Shown here piece by piece: positions 28,648 to 36,761 of a DNA stretch of 64,000 nt. The stretch spans positions 9,883 through 73,882 of the IMG/VR virus record IMGVR_UViG_3300048839_000196; one strand, given 5' to 3'. The first letter of the stretch is position 1, and every line of letters starts with the position of its first letter. A model generated the notes under the pieces. The model searched no databases. It worked only from the letters and a program-made list of their open reading frames with translations, and had not been told where the DNA came from. Both the position numbers and the translations under genes were made by a program. The stretch is from a virus.

Positions 28648-29102
28648 GCAACCTTAGCGGACACTGTCTAACCATTCAAAATCTTCTTTTGTACCATATT
28701 CCCAATCGTGGGACAAAACCTTCGGTTTGTAATTCAAATCAAGCAGACACATCACAAGGTTTAAAACAAAACCTTCTGCGTATTGACCACTTACACCAAA
28801 TGAGCCACTTACTCTTATGTAATGTGGGTTATCAAAATTCACATCACAAACAGGTAATCCAGCTAAACCTTGTTTATTAAACTTTGACAAATTAACCATT
28901 GCCGTATCAAAATCATTTTGACTAATCGGCTTTTCTTTACTTGCTATATAAAAAGAATATCCCATAATAAAAGGCTGCTGCCAACACCTGCTTTGCAAAA
29001 AAGGGGCAGACGGATGTAAGTCAGCGTTTGTTTATAAATCAACTTTTGTAGTTATGCCAAGCGAAGTGCAATAAATCCCCTTCTTCGCAAAGCATTGTAA
29101 CG
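28642..29102. mobile_element. Integron-type gene cassette
   Basis: Lower GC than the flanks, a single ORF, bounded by G|TT crossover points with cross-complementary R boxes. Confidence 0.6.
28654..28965 (-). CDS. Cassette-encoded hypothetical protein (103 aa, MGYSFYIASK...)
   Basis: AT-rich ORF that exactly fills the space between the two attC-like sites. Confidence 0.65.
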   Translation of the reverse strand: MGYSFYIASKEKPISQNDFDTAMVNLSKFNKQGLAGLPVCDVNFDNPHYIRVSGSFGVSGQYAEGFVLNLVMCLLDLNYKPKVLSHDWEYGTKEDFEWLDSVR

Positions 29103-29108
29103 TTATGC
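28979..29108 (+). mobile_element. attC-like recombination hairpin (site 2)
   Basis: TGCCAAC...GTTATGC, 130 bp, with arms TGCTTTGCAAAAAAGGGG / CCCCTTCTTCGCAAAGCA. Confidence 0.65.
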
Positions 29109-29176
29109 GAAAATAATTTGCATTAACCAGTTAAAAAATCAGCCACAATCTCTGGTGACTAAGTATAGATTCATGG

Positions 29177-30322
29177 CTATTTATTTATCTCGTCATCAAA
29201 TAATCCCTCCATACTCTCAAGAATGCGTGCATCCCGGCTGCCAGCTCTGCCAGTAACGATCTCATTGTACCCGTAAAGCGCCTTCGCCGTTTCATTGAAG
29301 GCAAAGTCCTTTACGAATGATGCGCGCTGTGTCACCGGGTCAACGTAGAACTCGCGTAAAGTTTTGATGTCATCGTGCCCGGTGTATAAGGCAGCTATAG
29401 TCTCAAGACTCATACCCATTGCTGCGTAGTAAGTTGCGCCTGACCTGCGCAGTAGGTGAGCAGCACGCGAGTATCTAGGGATGCTTATGTAAGAAGGCTC
29501 CCCCTTGAATGATACTGTCTTGATCGTTGCATCCGCACCAAAAGCAGTAGCCAGTGCTTTCCTAACGTCATGCACAAAGCGCCTTGACCTCGGATCGCCA
29601 GACACACAGGGCGTATCGAACTTCAGGAGGTACTTTGACTCCAAGTTCGGATCGCTCGGATCGTGCCCGAAGTATTTGAAGATGCGCGTCATCAGAGCGA
29701 AAGGCACAGGTGTGCTCATCCGTTTCTTTGTCTTTTCTGTAATGCGGGTGATCCAGTACGTCCTCCCATCTTTGGATAACTCTACATCGCCGACCCTCAA
29801 GCTGACAAGATCATTGACCCGCCAGCAGGTTATGAGTGCCAGCTTGGTGTTGATACTGGCTGAGCTGGTGTTTGGGAGTTGCAGGATTTTTTCTACCTGC
29901 TCTACACTCAAGGCAACCACCCGATCTTTCGGACGGATCTTTGTCTTAAAGAAATCGGGTACAGGTATCTGAAGTTTCACCCGCTTGAAGTTTCGCCAGT
30001 TCAGGAACACAACCAAGTTGGTTCTATGTTGATTGATTGTGCTGTGTTGCAGCCCCTCAATTGTATCAAGGAAATCCCGGAAGCCAAGAAAGAAATCTTC
30101 GAGCCACTGTCCCTTATCAAGGCGCTCTTGTGGTGAGCGGTTTACGGTGAAATCATAGTCGAACAGATCGAAATCTTCGATAAGTTCAGCCTGCATGTAC
30201 GCCAGCATCTTGTGGTATGTGCTTTGCCTATTGGTAGCTGTACTCGACGTGACGCGATTGCCGGTTTTTTGGTCGTCGCTCCACGCTTTCATTTGTTCAA
30301 GGAACATAAGTTTACTATTCAT
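29177..30322 (-). CDS. Tyrosine recombinase / integrase
   Basis: Catalytic set: R (TCWRVNDL), K (EKT), HxxR (HLLRRS), H (TGH), Y (EFY); N-terminal SAM-like region. Confidence 0.85.
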   Translation of the reverse strand: MNSKLMFLEQMKAWSDDQKTGNRVTSSTATNRQSTYHKMLAYMQAELIEDFDLFDYDFTVNRSPQERLDKGQWLEDFFLGFRDFLDTIEGLQHSTINQHRTNLVVFLNWRNFKRVKLQIPVPDFFKTKIRPKDRVVALSVEQVEKILQLPNTSSASINTKLALITCWRVNDLVSLRVGDVELSKDGRTYWITRITEKTKKRMSTPVPFALMTRIFKYFGHDPSDPNLESKYLLKFDTPCVSGDPRSRRFVHDVRKALATAFGADATIKTVSFKGEPSYISIPRYSRAAHLLRRSGATYYAAMGMSLETIAALYTGHDDIKTLREFYVDPVTQRASFVKDFAFNETAKALYGYNEIVTGRAGSRDARILESMEGLFDDEINK

Positions 30323-30464
30323 AGTTGCGTTTGTTTTTTACGAACATCACTGCGAAGGCAGTGAACAGCCCGATGATTGGTAAGAACGCCCAGAATTGTT
30401 CGGGCGATTCGAGATATATCGACGCCATGACGGCGACGAAAATTGAGGTTAATAGCTTGCCCAT
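30315..30464 (-). CDS. Small two-TM membrane protein (49 aa, not in ORF track)
   Basis: Manual translation MGKLLTSIFVAVMASIYLESPEQFWAFLPIIGLFTAFAVMFVKNKRNYE. Confidence 0.5.
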   Translation of the reverse strand: MGKLLTSIFVAVMASIYLESPEQFWAFLPIIGLFTAFAVMFVKNKRNYE

Positions 30465-30502
30465 CTTTAAAGTATTATGTGATCTTGAATAACCATATTA
30501 GC

Positions 30503-31252
30503 TTAGGATTTATTTTCGCGCATGAATAGGTTTGCATAAGCCATGATCGCAAGCGGCCAACTAAGCGAGAAGATGACGTGCGAAATCATCTCCGACTTAA
30601 TTACGCCCGTGACGCACAGATCGGTGATGATCTGTACGACGAAGAACGCCGTAAGCCAGATAGACCGAAGCGAAATCTCGTCTCCTCCAATAGTAATTTT
30701 CCGGTCATTAAAGTTGGCGCCGAAGAATACGCCGACCATCTCAAAGACCAGCGCTGCGGCCATGACTAGCCAGAACACAGCGCTCGCAATAGTGATGATG
30801 ATACCCATGTCTTTGAAGACGTCAATCGACAGCATCGCATACATGAACGCTTGGAATGCAAGCGCCAGTATAGCAAATACCATGTGTACAGTTGCGCTGC
30901 GCAGGAACACCATCCCGAAGTGTTCGCTGCTGATGTTCGGGAATGTAGCCGAAGTGGCAGGTTGCGTAGGCTGCTGGCTCTGAGCCTGTGCCTTTTGCGA
31001 GCTGTCTTCCATGATCCCTAACTGTATCAGTTTGGCCCGGAGTTCTGGTCGGGACAAAGCGATCAGGTCAGCGGCTTTTGCACGTGTGTCCGGGTGCTGA
31101 GCGGCGGCGGCGACCTGATTGAGCAAAGCCTCGGCCTGCTCTATCGAGATCATTCCGGCCGTAGTTCCTCCTCGGTTCTTCCGAGAGAGGAAAGTGTCGG
31201 CACTGTCGTAGGTAGTGCCGAGATGGTCCGTGAGTAATTGGAGGTTGATCAT
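30503..31252 (-). CDS. Membrane protein with soluble N-domain and 4 TM helices
   Basis: Four hydrophobic segments in the C-terminal half. Confidence 0.65.
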   Translation of the reverse strand: MINLQLLTDHLGTTYDSADTFLSRKNRGGTTAGMISIEQAEALLNQVAAAAQHPDTRAKAADLIALSRPELRAKLIQLGIMEDSSQKAQAQSQQPTQPATSATFPNISSEHFGMVFLRSATVHMVFAILALAFQAFMYAMLSIDVFKDMGIIITIASAVFWLVMAAALVFEMVGVFFGANFNDRKITIGGDEISLRSIWLTAFFVVQIITDLCVTGVIKSEMISHVIFSLSWPLAIMAYANLFMRENKS

Positions 31253-31515
31253 ACAGGTATTGTTTTGACTTCTGAAAAATCAGGGAATTTTCGCCGAAAT
31301 CTATTGGTCAGATTCACAATCTCCCGGCTTTTACCATATAAAGTTCGGCATATACACGGGCTGCCTTCGTTGTCAAGCGCAAGGTACGGCAGGGTTCCAT
31401 TCTGACTAGGCTGCCAAGAGCCAAGATAGCACCATTCTGACTTATCCTTTCCGACCTTGGCGGCATTCAACACAAGTCCAGATTTGTTTATGTAGAGATC
31501 AAATGAGTATGCCAT
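31249..31515 (-). CDS. Hypothetical protein
   Basis: Coupled ORF with A-rich leader. Confidence 0.55.
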   Translation of the reverse strand: MAYSFDLYINKSGLVLNAAKVGKDKSEWCYLGSWQPSQNGTLPYLALDNEGSPCICRTLYGKSREIVNLTNRFRRKFPDFSEVKTIPV

Positions 31516-31564
31516 AATGTTTTACTTTTGTTTGCCCCGACCTGTGAAAGCCGGGGCTATGTGT

Positions 31565-32239
31565 TTATAAATCAAGGAACTCCGACTCTTTATACACCTT
31601 AAATCCGGGGCGCATGACAGCAACCGTGGGATTATAGCAGCCGCTCGTATTTTGCTCTTCCCGATGGATCACTTCAAAACCAAACGGAAGTTTTGATGCT
31701 TCAACTCCGTAGTTGACCGAAGATGTCCCGATGTCGCAGATCGCAATTTCGTCGCCGGGGACGAGCACAAAATGCTGGCATGTTCCCCACTTCTCTTGCG
31801 TTGTGAACTCCGTAGTCATCGCGCCTTGGTGTACGCCTCTCCTGCCCCTGATTTGCTTTTCAAATCTCTTGGGATAGTGCACAACTACCCTATCGTCATA
31901 AGCCCTGAGCTCGTTTCCATGTTTCTCGCGATAGCTCTGAGTGACAGTGGTCCGCATCCAGCCTCTAGCCTCAGCAGGATTGTCACTGCTCGGCCATTTA
32001 GACGGGTACATGAAGTCAAACTCGGCTCTTGATTCTCGCTTAAACAGGGCCAGATTATCTTGCTGGCTGATTGGCATGTTGTCGTCAGGAGAAAGCGCCT
32101 CAATGAACTCGATGTTTGAAATGTTCTCATCTCTAGTTCTCGATGGAGAAACCACCCGGTTCTCAACGTACTTGCCATTGATTCTGAGCTGTGTCCCGCC
32201 GAACGCAGGTTTCCAAGTGCCGAAATCATAGATTTTCAT
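31565..32239 (-). CDS. Hypothetical protein
   Basis: 224-aa ORF followed by hairpin GCCCCG...CGGGGC near 31534-31557. Confidence 0.6.
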   Translation of the reverse strand: MKIYDFGTWKPAFGGTQLRINGKYVENRVVSPSRTRDENISNIEFIEALSPDDNMPISQQDNLALFKRESRAEFDFMYPSKWPSSDNPAEARGWMRTTVTQSYREKHGNELRAYDDRVVVHYPKRFEKQIRGRRGVHQGAMTTEFTTQEKWGTCQHFVLVPGDEIAICDIGTSSVNYGVEASKLPFGFEVIHREEQNTSGCYNPTVAVMRPGFKVYKESEFLDL

Positions 32240-32257
32240 ATTGATTGTTTTTTTGGT

Positions 32258-32623
32258 TTACAGATAGTTTACAATTTTCGTGGTCACGAACCCGTCCTCC
32301 GGGTCCATACTAAAGAGAACCCCTCTGACGAAAATCTCATCGTCATTCTTACAGAACGCCTCACCGAAACCCTGCTCGAAGTGGCGAAGCCTGAGCTTTG
32401 CTACCCTTAGCTGGTTTTCAAGGCGACGAACTTCCTGCTCGGCCTCGATTAATATTTCAACATCTACTGGATTATCGAACCCAACATATCCGCCCTCAGT
32501 GATATGCCCTTCGTCGAGTGGTTCAATGCAGTGAGCCATGTTTACTGACAACTGCCAGTCTGAATCGGCGAGAGCAAGGCAAACATCGCCCGTTTCCGGG
32601 TTGAAAAATAAGTCTTTCTTCAT
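32258..32623 (-). CDS. Hypothetical protein
   Basis: Early-region ORF. Confidence 0.55.
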   Translation of the reverse strand: MKKDLFFNPETGDVCLALADSDWQLSVNMAHCIEPLDEGHITEGGYVGFDNPVDVEILIEAEQEVRRLENQLRVAKLRLRHFEQGFGEAFCKNDDEIFVRGVLFSMDPEDGFVTTKIVNYL

Positions 32624-32642
32624 AGCTATTCAGGTTTTGCGT

Positions 32643-33014
32643 TTACAATTTATCCCCAAGTTTTGGCTCGCCCACTCCGGGTGGACTGACAAGGACATCC
32701 AAATAGCCATCGCCTCCGGACTGCCCAAGATTCATTGTCTTGGCGATTACTCCTTTACGAAGGAGAGCATGCTCTTCTTCCGGCAGAAAGTCGATCAGTT
32801 GCAGGATGAACTGCTTGAGATCGGCCACCGGGATATGGATTTCGCAGCTTGCCGGGCCACGGCTATTGATCGGAGTGATCTTTACATACAGTAGCGCGCC
32901 TTCGTACCCGCCTATAAATTCTGCTGTGTCAATCAGGTCAACGGCTTTGGAGGTCGCCCATCCTGAGCGGCCCCAATATGAGGCGGGGTGGGCGAATGGA
33001 ATTACTCTTCTCAT
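32643..33014 (-). CDS. Hypothetical protein
   Basis: Early-region ORF. Confidence 0.55.
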   Translation of the reverse strand: MRRVIPFAHPASYWGRSGWATSKAVDLIDTAEFIGGYEGALLYVKITPINSRGPASCEIHIPVADLKQFILQLIDFLPEEEHALLRKGVIAKTMNLGQSGGDGYLDVLVSPPGVGEPKLGDKL

Positions 33015-33042
33015 GGTTGGTTGGGTTGCTAGGTTATTAAAA

Positions 33043-33264
33043 TTACTGCGCGTATCGCTCCATCTCTTTGTGGATTACTGCACTTGGGTATTCATACACG
33101 GCATGCTGGTATTCAAGGCTAGCCAGCAAGTCTTCGTATGACTTTTCATCCTCGATGACCGCTCGCGGCAATTCGTCGTGGTCAATGACCACGACTCGTG
33201 AGGATTCGGAGGTAATCACATTCTGTACAATTCCTCCCTCTACAATAATGATTATGGTATTCAT
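33043..33264 (-). CDS. Hypothetical phage protein
   Basis: IIIVEGGIVQNV...VVVIDHD, a pattern common in small phage proteins. Confidence 0.6.
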   Translation of the reverse strand: MNTIIIIVEGGIVQNVITSESSRVVVIDHDELPRAVIEDEKSYEDLLASLEYQHAVYEYPSAVIHKEMERYAQ

Positions 33265-33283
33265 GTGGTTTTGTTTTTACAAT

Positions 33284-33529
33284 TCAAAACTTTGGCATTG
33301 GCCGGAAGGCCATGTCGATGAAAACGATCTGTATATCCCATCCAGTTTTTTGTTTCGTGTATTCCAGCATTCTTTCTGGTATCTGAATGTTTTTATTGCA
33401 TTGGGCCGTGTCATTGAAGAAAATTGCCTGCTTCTCATCTCCATCCTTACAGAGCCAGTACACTTCTCGAACTACAACCCAGCCTTGCTTGGGGTTGGTA
33501 ACGTCAATGGTATTATATCCTTTATTCAT
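33284..33529 (-). CDS. Hypothetical protein
   Basis: Early-region ORF. Confidence 0.55.
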   Translation of the reverse strand: MNKGYNTIDVTNPKQGWVVVREVYWLCKDGDEKQAIFFNDTAQCNKNIQIPERMLEYTKQKTGWDIQIVFIDMAFRPMPKF

Positions 33530-33575
33530 GGTCTATTGGATTCACGGGGCCAGCCGAAAGGCCGCCCTGATTTGG

Positions 33576-34289
33576 TTAATTCATTACTGCTGCGTAAACG
33601 CGCTGATTGACTTCCTCGTACGTCTTAGCTGAGCGCAGCCGACCTGCTGGGCGTTTCATGCCCGGAGCTTTGAACCCGCCATTGAGGATGCGCTCTTGAA
33701 GTACATTGAGCACGGTCCAGCGGTCCATGCCCTCATCTTCAGGGCGTGCCCTTTCGAGAAGGATTCGGGCCTGCTCAGGCGTGAAGGCTTTCTTCCAGCG
33801 GGCGGCGCTGGCTTTCATAGCCAGATTAATGGCCTGTTCCTCAGTGATCTCTTCGGCCTGCGCTTTCTCGATCTTTTGGCGCAGCTCTTGGATTTTCTCA
33901 ACCATTAATTTGGTGGATTCGATGGCGATTGACGCCTCATCACCTATGTGACGGACGGTGTACGCGCCAAATTCCTGATCTACGATGGTCATTCCGTTAC
34001 TGCAAACCAGCCGGAAGATACCGACCTGAACTGAGAACTTGGAGTTCCCGTTGTAAGAGTTCCGGATGACGATTTCGGGGTACAGAATTTCCCCTTTTGT
34101 GTTTGGAACGGCCTTGTCAAGGCGCATACGCACTATGTGGACGCCGCCTTTCTTACTAAGCCCCATTTGTTGCCGGAATTGCCAGCCGATAGTCGTCAAG
34201 TGCCCGACGAGGGCGTTTGTGCTTATGGTCCGGTAGAGTTTGGAGCGGCCAATTGGCCTTTCGTCGTAAGGTTGGAATTGATTTTGCAT
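33576..34289 (-). CDS. DUF932-family protein
   Basis: PEIVIRNSYNG...GIFRLVCSNG and WTVLNVLQE motifs. Confidence 0.8.
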   Translation of the reverse strand: MQNQFQPYDERPIGRSKLYRTISTNALVGHLTTIGWQFRQQMGLSKKGGVHIVRMRLDKAVPNTKGEILYPEIVIRNSYNGNSKFSVQVGIFRLVCSNGMTIVDQEFGAYTVRHIGDEASIAIESTKLMVEKIQELRQKIEKAQAEEITEEQAINLAMKASAARWKKAFTPEQARILLERARPEDEGMDRWTVLNVLQERILNGGFKAPGMKRPAGRLRSAKTYEEVNQRVYAAVMN

Positions 34290-34310
34290 GGTGGTTTGAT
34301 TTTGTTTTTA

Positions 34311-34341
34311 CAAAGGTATTAAACTTTATCTGAATTGTCAA
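34311..34341 (-). promoter_or_regulatory. Bacteroidota sigma70-type early promoter
   Basis: TTGACA...TACCTTTG with a 20-nt spacer after TTG. Confidence 0.8.
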
Positions 34342-34393
34342 GTGTTTTGTGATATTTTTTTTTGAAATTTAATTTATCTATGTTAAATTTTAG

Positions 34394-34526
34394 CCCGGCA
34401 GGTGGGATTCAAACCCACAACCCAGCCTTATTTTGCGCCGCTAAGCGCAACTTCTAGCCGGTTTTTTAGAGCAGCTTGGCCTTCGCCACTCATCATCGCG
34501 TCTGCGCAGTTTCCGCCACTGCCGGG
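34394..34526 (-). ncRNA. Expanded tRNA-like RNA (133 nt)
   Basis: Acceptor CCCGGCAG/CTGCCGGG, Leu-like D arm GCG-GAAACTGCGCAGA-CGC, T arm GTGGG-TTTGAAT-CCCAC, two long internal arms. Confidence 0.65.
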
Positions 34527-34532
34527 TATTTC

Positions 34533-34760
34533 TTACATCCAGCCCTGATCTACGATCTTAGGTTTGTTGTCTATGATTCGCCATACTTCCCGCCATTCGC
34601 CCCATTGGCCGCGGCGCTTGCGGAAAATCACCGCCTCGCTGTTTGCAGATGCGTCAATCATTCGCCGCACTGCCTTTAAAGCAGCCTTGTAATTTTTAAA
34701 GCATTCCCATACATGCGATCCTTTATCTTCGATCCAAATAGTTGGCCCGTTATGTTTCAT
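34533..34760 (-). CDS. Hypothetical protein
   Basis: Early-region ORF. Confidence 0.55.
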   Translation of the reverse strand: MKHNGPTIWIEDKGSHVWECFKNYKAALKAVRRMIDASANSEAVIFRKRRGQWGEWREVWRIIDNKPKIVDQGWM

Positions 34761-35077
34761 GGTAAGTTGTTTTTGATTTTTGTCCTGTAATTTTTGCGGT
34801 CAAACTCAGTGGCCACATAAGCAGCTATGCACTGCGTCCTGAACTCCTGATCATTTTTCTTGGCCAAGTTTTGAAGTAAATGCTTGCTCCTGATAGCCAG
34901 AAAACCACTTCCAGTTGCATTTGAGCAAAGCCTAACTAGCGCTAGGTTAATAATAAACCTCATTCGCTTAGGCAGGATGGGTACTTTTTCAAATAAGGAG
35001 CTGTAACGATCCATAGCGCAGGCGGTAGGGGTTTTTGAACGCGTTGGTGTATTACGGTCTGGTTTTTTGTTATACAT
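34757..35077 (-). CDS. Hypothetical protein
   Basis: Coupled ORF; start uncertain. Confidence 0.45.
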   Translation of the reverse strand: MYNKKPDRNTPTRSKTPTACAMDRYSSLFEKVPILPKRMRFIINLALVRLCSNATGSGFLAIRSKHLLQNLAKKNDQEFRTQCIAAYVATEFDRKNYRTKIKNNLP

Positions 35078-35089
35078 GGCAGGTTCTTT

Positions 35090-35353
35090 TTAAAGTCCAT
35101 AATAATTTAAAGCATTCTCCAGCGTTCCTTTTGTTCCGGGCTGTAATTCCGACCTTGCTGGAATGTAGTTTCTGTAGTAATCGCGTGTTGGTTTGTCTGG
35201 CAGCCAGCAAGCGCCAGACGTCAGGGCGACCATAGCTGCACGGCCCATTGATCCTTCAAATTTCCAGATTTCGCCGCTGTTAATAAGGCTTTGCATTTGG
35301 TCGTTTCCGGCTGCCTTTTGAGCCTTAATAAGCGCTTTAGTTGGGTTTTTCAT
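35090..35353 (-). CDS. Hypothetical phage protein
   Basis: QSLINSGEIWKFEGSMGRAAM, a pattern recurrent in phage early genes. Confidence 0.6.
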   Translation of the reverse strand: MKNPTKALIKAQKAAGNDQMQSLINSGEIWKFEGSMGRAAMVALTSGACWLPDKPTRDYYRNYIPARSELQPGTKGTLENALNYYGL

Positions 35354-35364
35354 GTTAGTAACCT

Positions 35365-35916
35365 TTACTTGCTGTGAATAAATATCCTGTCTAATGGATT
35401 TCTGTTTTGAACTCTTTTAATGTGTTCAAACATCCAGTCTGAAGGAGGGGCCGCGCATTCGTTCGCCACTAACAGCTTTAGCATGTCGTCGGCTGCCTTA
35501 TTAAGCGCGTAGTCTTTAAAATCCATCTCCAAATCTTTGCATACACGCGCAAACTTTCCATAAATCTTATTTATTTTTGGCCCGCAATTTTCACGGGCAA
35601 ATCTCCATTGGGATTGACTAGTCTTGCGATTATTTTTTACCCATGCTACAATATTTTCAAATTCGTTTTTTGCGTCAGGCTCATTGTCAAGCCACATAAA
35701 GAATTGATCTATAATATAGTAAGGTTGACCAGTATAGTTGAAGGCATTGCATATCCTTATTTCCCTTTCGGGGTAAAAGTACGCATTCCAACTGCCATTC
35801 TTTAGGTTTTGCTTATGAAATTCGCACAACCCTTCGCGAAGGGTTAAACAATCGCCGTAATTTCCAATAAAGATAGCCGTATTATTTGACAGCACAAAAT
35901 AAATATCTTCTTTCAT
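35365..35916 (-). CDS. Hypothetical protein
   Basis: Start moved to ATG 35916 because the track start overlaps the tRNA-like element. Confidence 0.55.
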   Translation of the reverse strand: MKEDIYFVLSNNTAIFIGNYGDCLTLREGLCEFHKQNLKNGSWNAYFYPEREIRICNAFNYTGQPYYIIDQFFMWLDNEPDAKNEFENIVAWVKNNRKTSQSQWRFARENCGPKINKIYGKFARVCKDLEMDFKDYALNKAADDMLKLLVANECAAPPSDWMFEHIKRVQNRNPLDRIFIHSK

Positions 35917-35939
35917 GGATTTTGTTTTTAATGCTTTAG

Positions 35940-36065
35940 CCCCCACCGGACGGCTCGAACGTCCTAAGTTTTTCCCGCAAGACTTACTTTATCTGATACG
36001 CTTCCAACGCTTTCCTCCGAAAGCCTCGCAGTACTCAACTATCTTGCCCTGTTGCAATGGTGGGG
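35940..36065 (-). ncRNA. Expanded tRNA-like RNA (126 nt)
   Basis: Acceptor CCCCACC/GGTGGGG, D arm TTGC-AACAGG-GCAA, T arm GGACG-TTCGAGC-CGTCC, long internal arms. Confidence 0.65.
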
Positions 36066-36077
36066 TAAGGGATGGTA

Positions 36078-36374
36078 TTATTTAACGTCTGTCAAGCTTC
36101 CATCCCACTTTTGGCCGTTCAGATACAATTTACCGCGTTTTTGCCATACCGAAACGCCGGGGATGCCATTCAGGCGGTCTCTAGTTGTTACAGTATTCCA
36201 GTATGCCGTTGTTACTGTCAGAGTCCTTTCAGGATCATTGTAACGATATGCAATTTCATTCCCATGTAACTTGAGGATTGTTACGTTTGGCAGTACTTCC
36301 ACAGAAGTATTGGAAGACCGGAATTTTTTGCCGTTCATAAAAGCGTCAATTGCTTGTCTTGTTACTTTTCTCAT
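36078..36374 (-). CDS. Hypothetical phage protein
   Basis: LHGNEIA...WNTVTTRDRLN, a recurrent phage early-protein pattern. Confidence 0.6.
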   Translation of the reverse strand: MRKVTRQAIDAFMNGKKFRSSNTSVEVLPNVTILKLHGNEIAYRYNDPERTLTVTTAYWNTVTTRDRLNGIPGVSVWQKRGKLYLNGQKWDGSLTDVK

Positions 36375-36395
36375 TTTAGTTGCTTTTTGATGGTA

Positions 36396-36426
36396 TAAAG
36401 ATACGAAAATTTATCTAACTTGTCAA
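36396..36426 (-). promoter_or_regulatory. Bacteroidota sigma70-type early promoter
   Basis: TTGACA...TATCTTTA with a 20-nt spacer after TTG. Confidence 0.7.
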
Positions 36427-36465
36427 TAGGTAGGGTGAAAAAATTTTCACCCTACCTATTTTTTT
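36425..36465. terminator. Perfect 16-bp hairpin, terminator-like
   Basis: AATAGGTAGGGTGAAA-AAAT-TTTCACCCTACCTATT with a T tract on the + strand. Confidence 0.6.
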
Positions 36466-36468
36466 GCT

Positions 36469-36750
36469 TCAAATTACAATATATTCCTTTCCGGCAAATT
36501 TCACAAATCGGATTGTATTTAAGTCTATGCGAATGAATCCGCCTTTGTTTACGTCAAAGGCTGTAAGGTAGTCAAGCGCAATTTTCCGGCGAATTTCGGC
36601 GCTTTGCACGCCTTTGACGCCTTTTTTAACGCCTTTTCGGATTGTCGCACAGCGTATTTCGCCGTCTTTTTTGGTGAAAATTACACGCGCAAACTTCCCA
36701 TTGGTTTGATTCAACAAGTTAACCGCACCTGCTTTGCTTATCGTTTTCAT
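36469..36750 (-). CDS. Small SH3/WYL-like phage protein
   Basis: GKFARVIFTKKDGEIR...FDVNKGGFIRI pattern. Confidence 0.6.
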   Translation of the reverse strand: MKTISKAGAVNLLNQTNGKFARVIFTKKDGEIRCATIRKGVKKGVKGVQSAEIRRKIALDYLTAFDVNKGGFIRIDLNTIRFVKFAGKEYIVI

Positions 36751-36761
36751 TGTTTTGATTT

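Noticed and set aside
29177-30322. Classical integron integrase intI with attI
   Set aside because: The IntI-specific insertion is not visible and no attI was recognised; kept only as a generic tyrosine recombinase.
34465-34500. Hammerhead-like TGATGA followed by a stem on the minus strand
   Set aside because: It lacks the C of CUGANGA and the GAAA after stem II; it is better explained as an arm of the tRNA-like RNA.
35940-36065. tmRNA
   Set aside because: Too short, no G3-U70 alanine identity and no tag reading frame.
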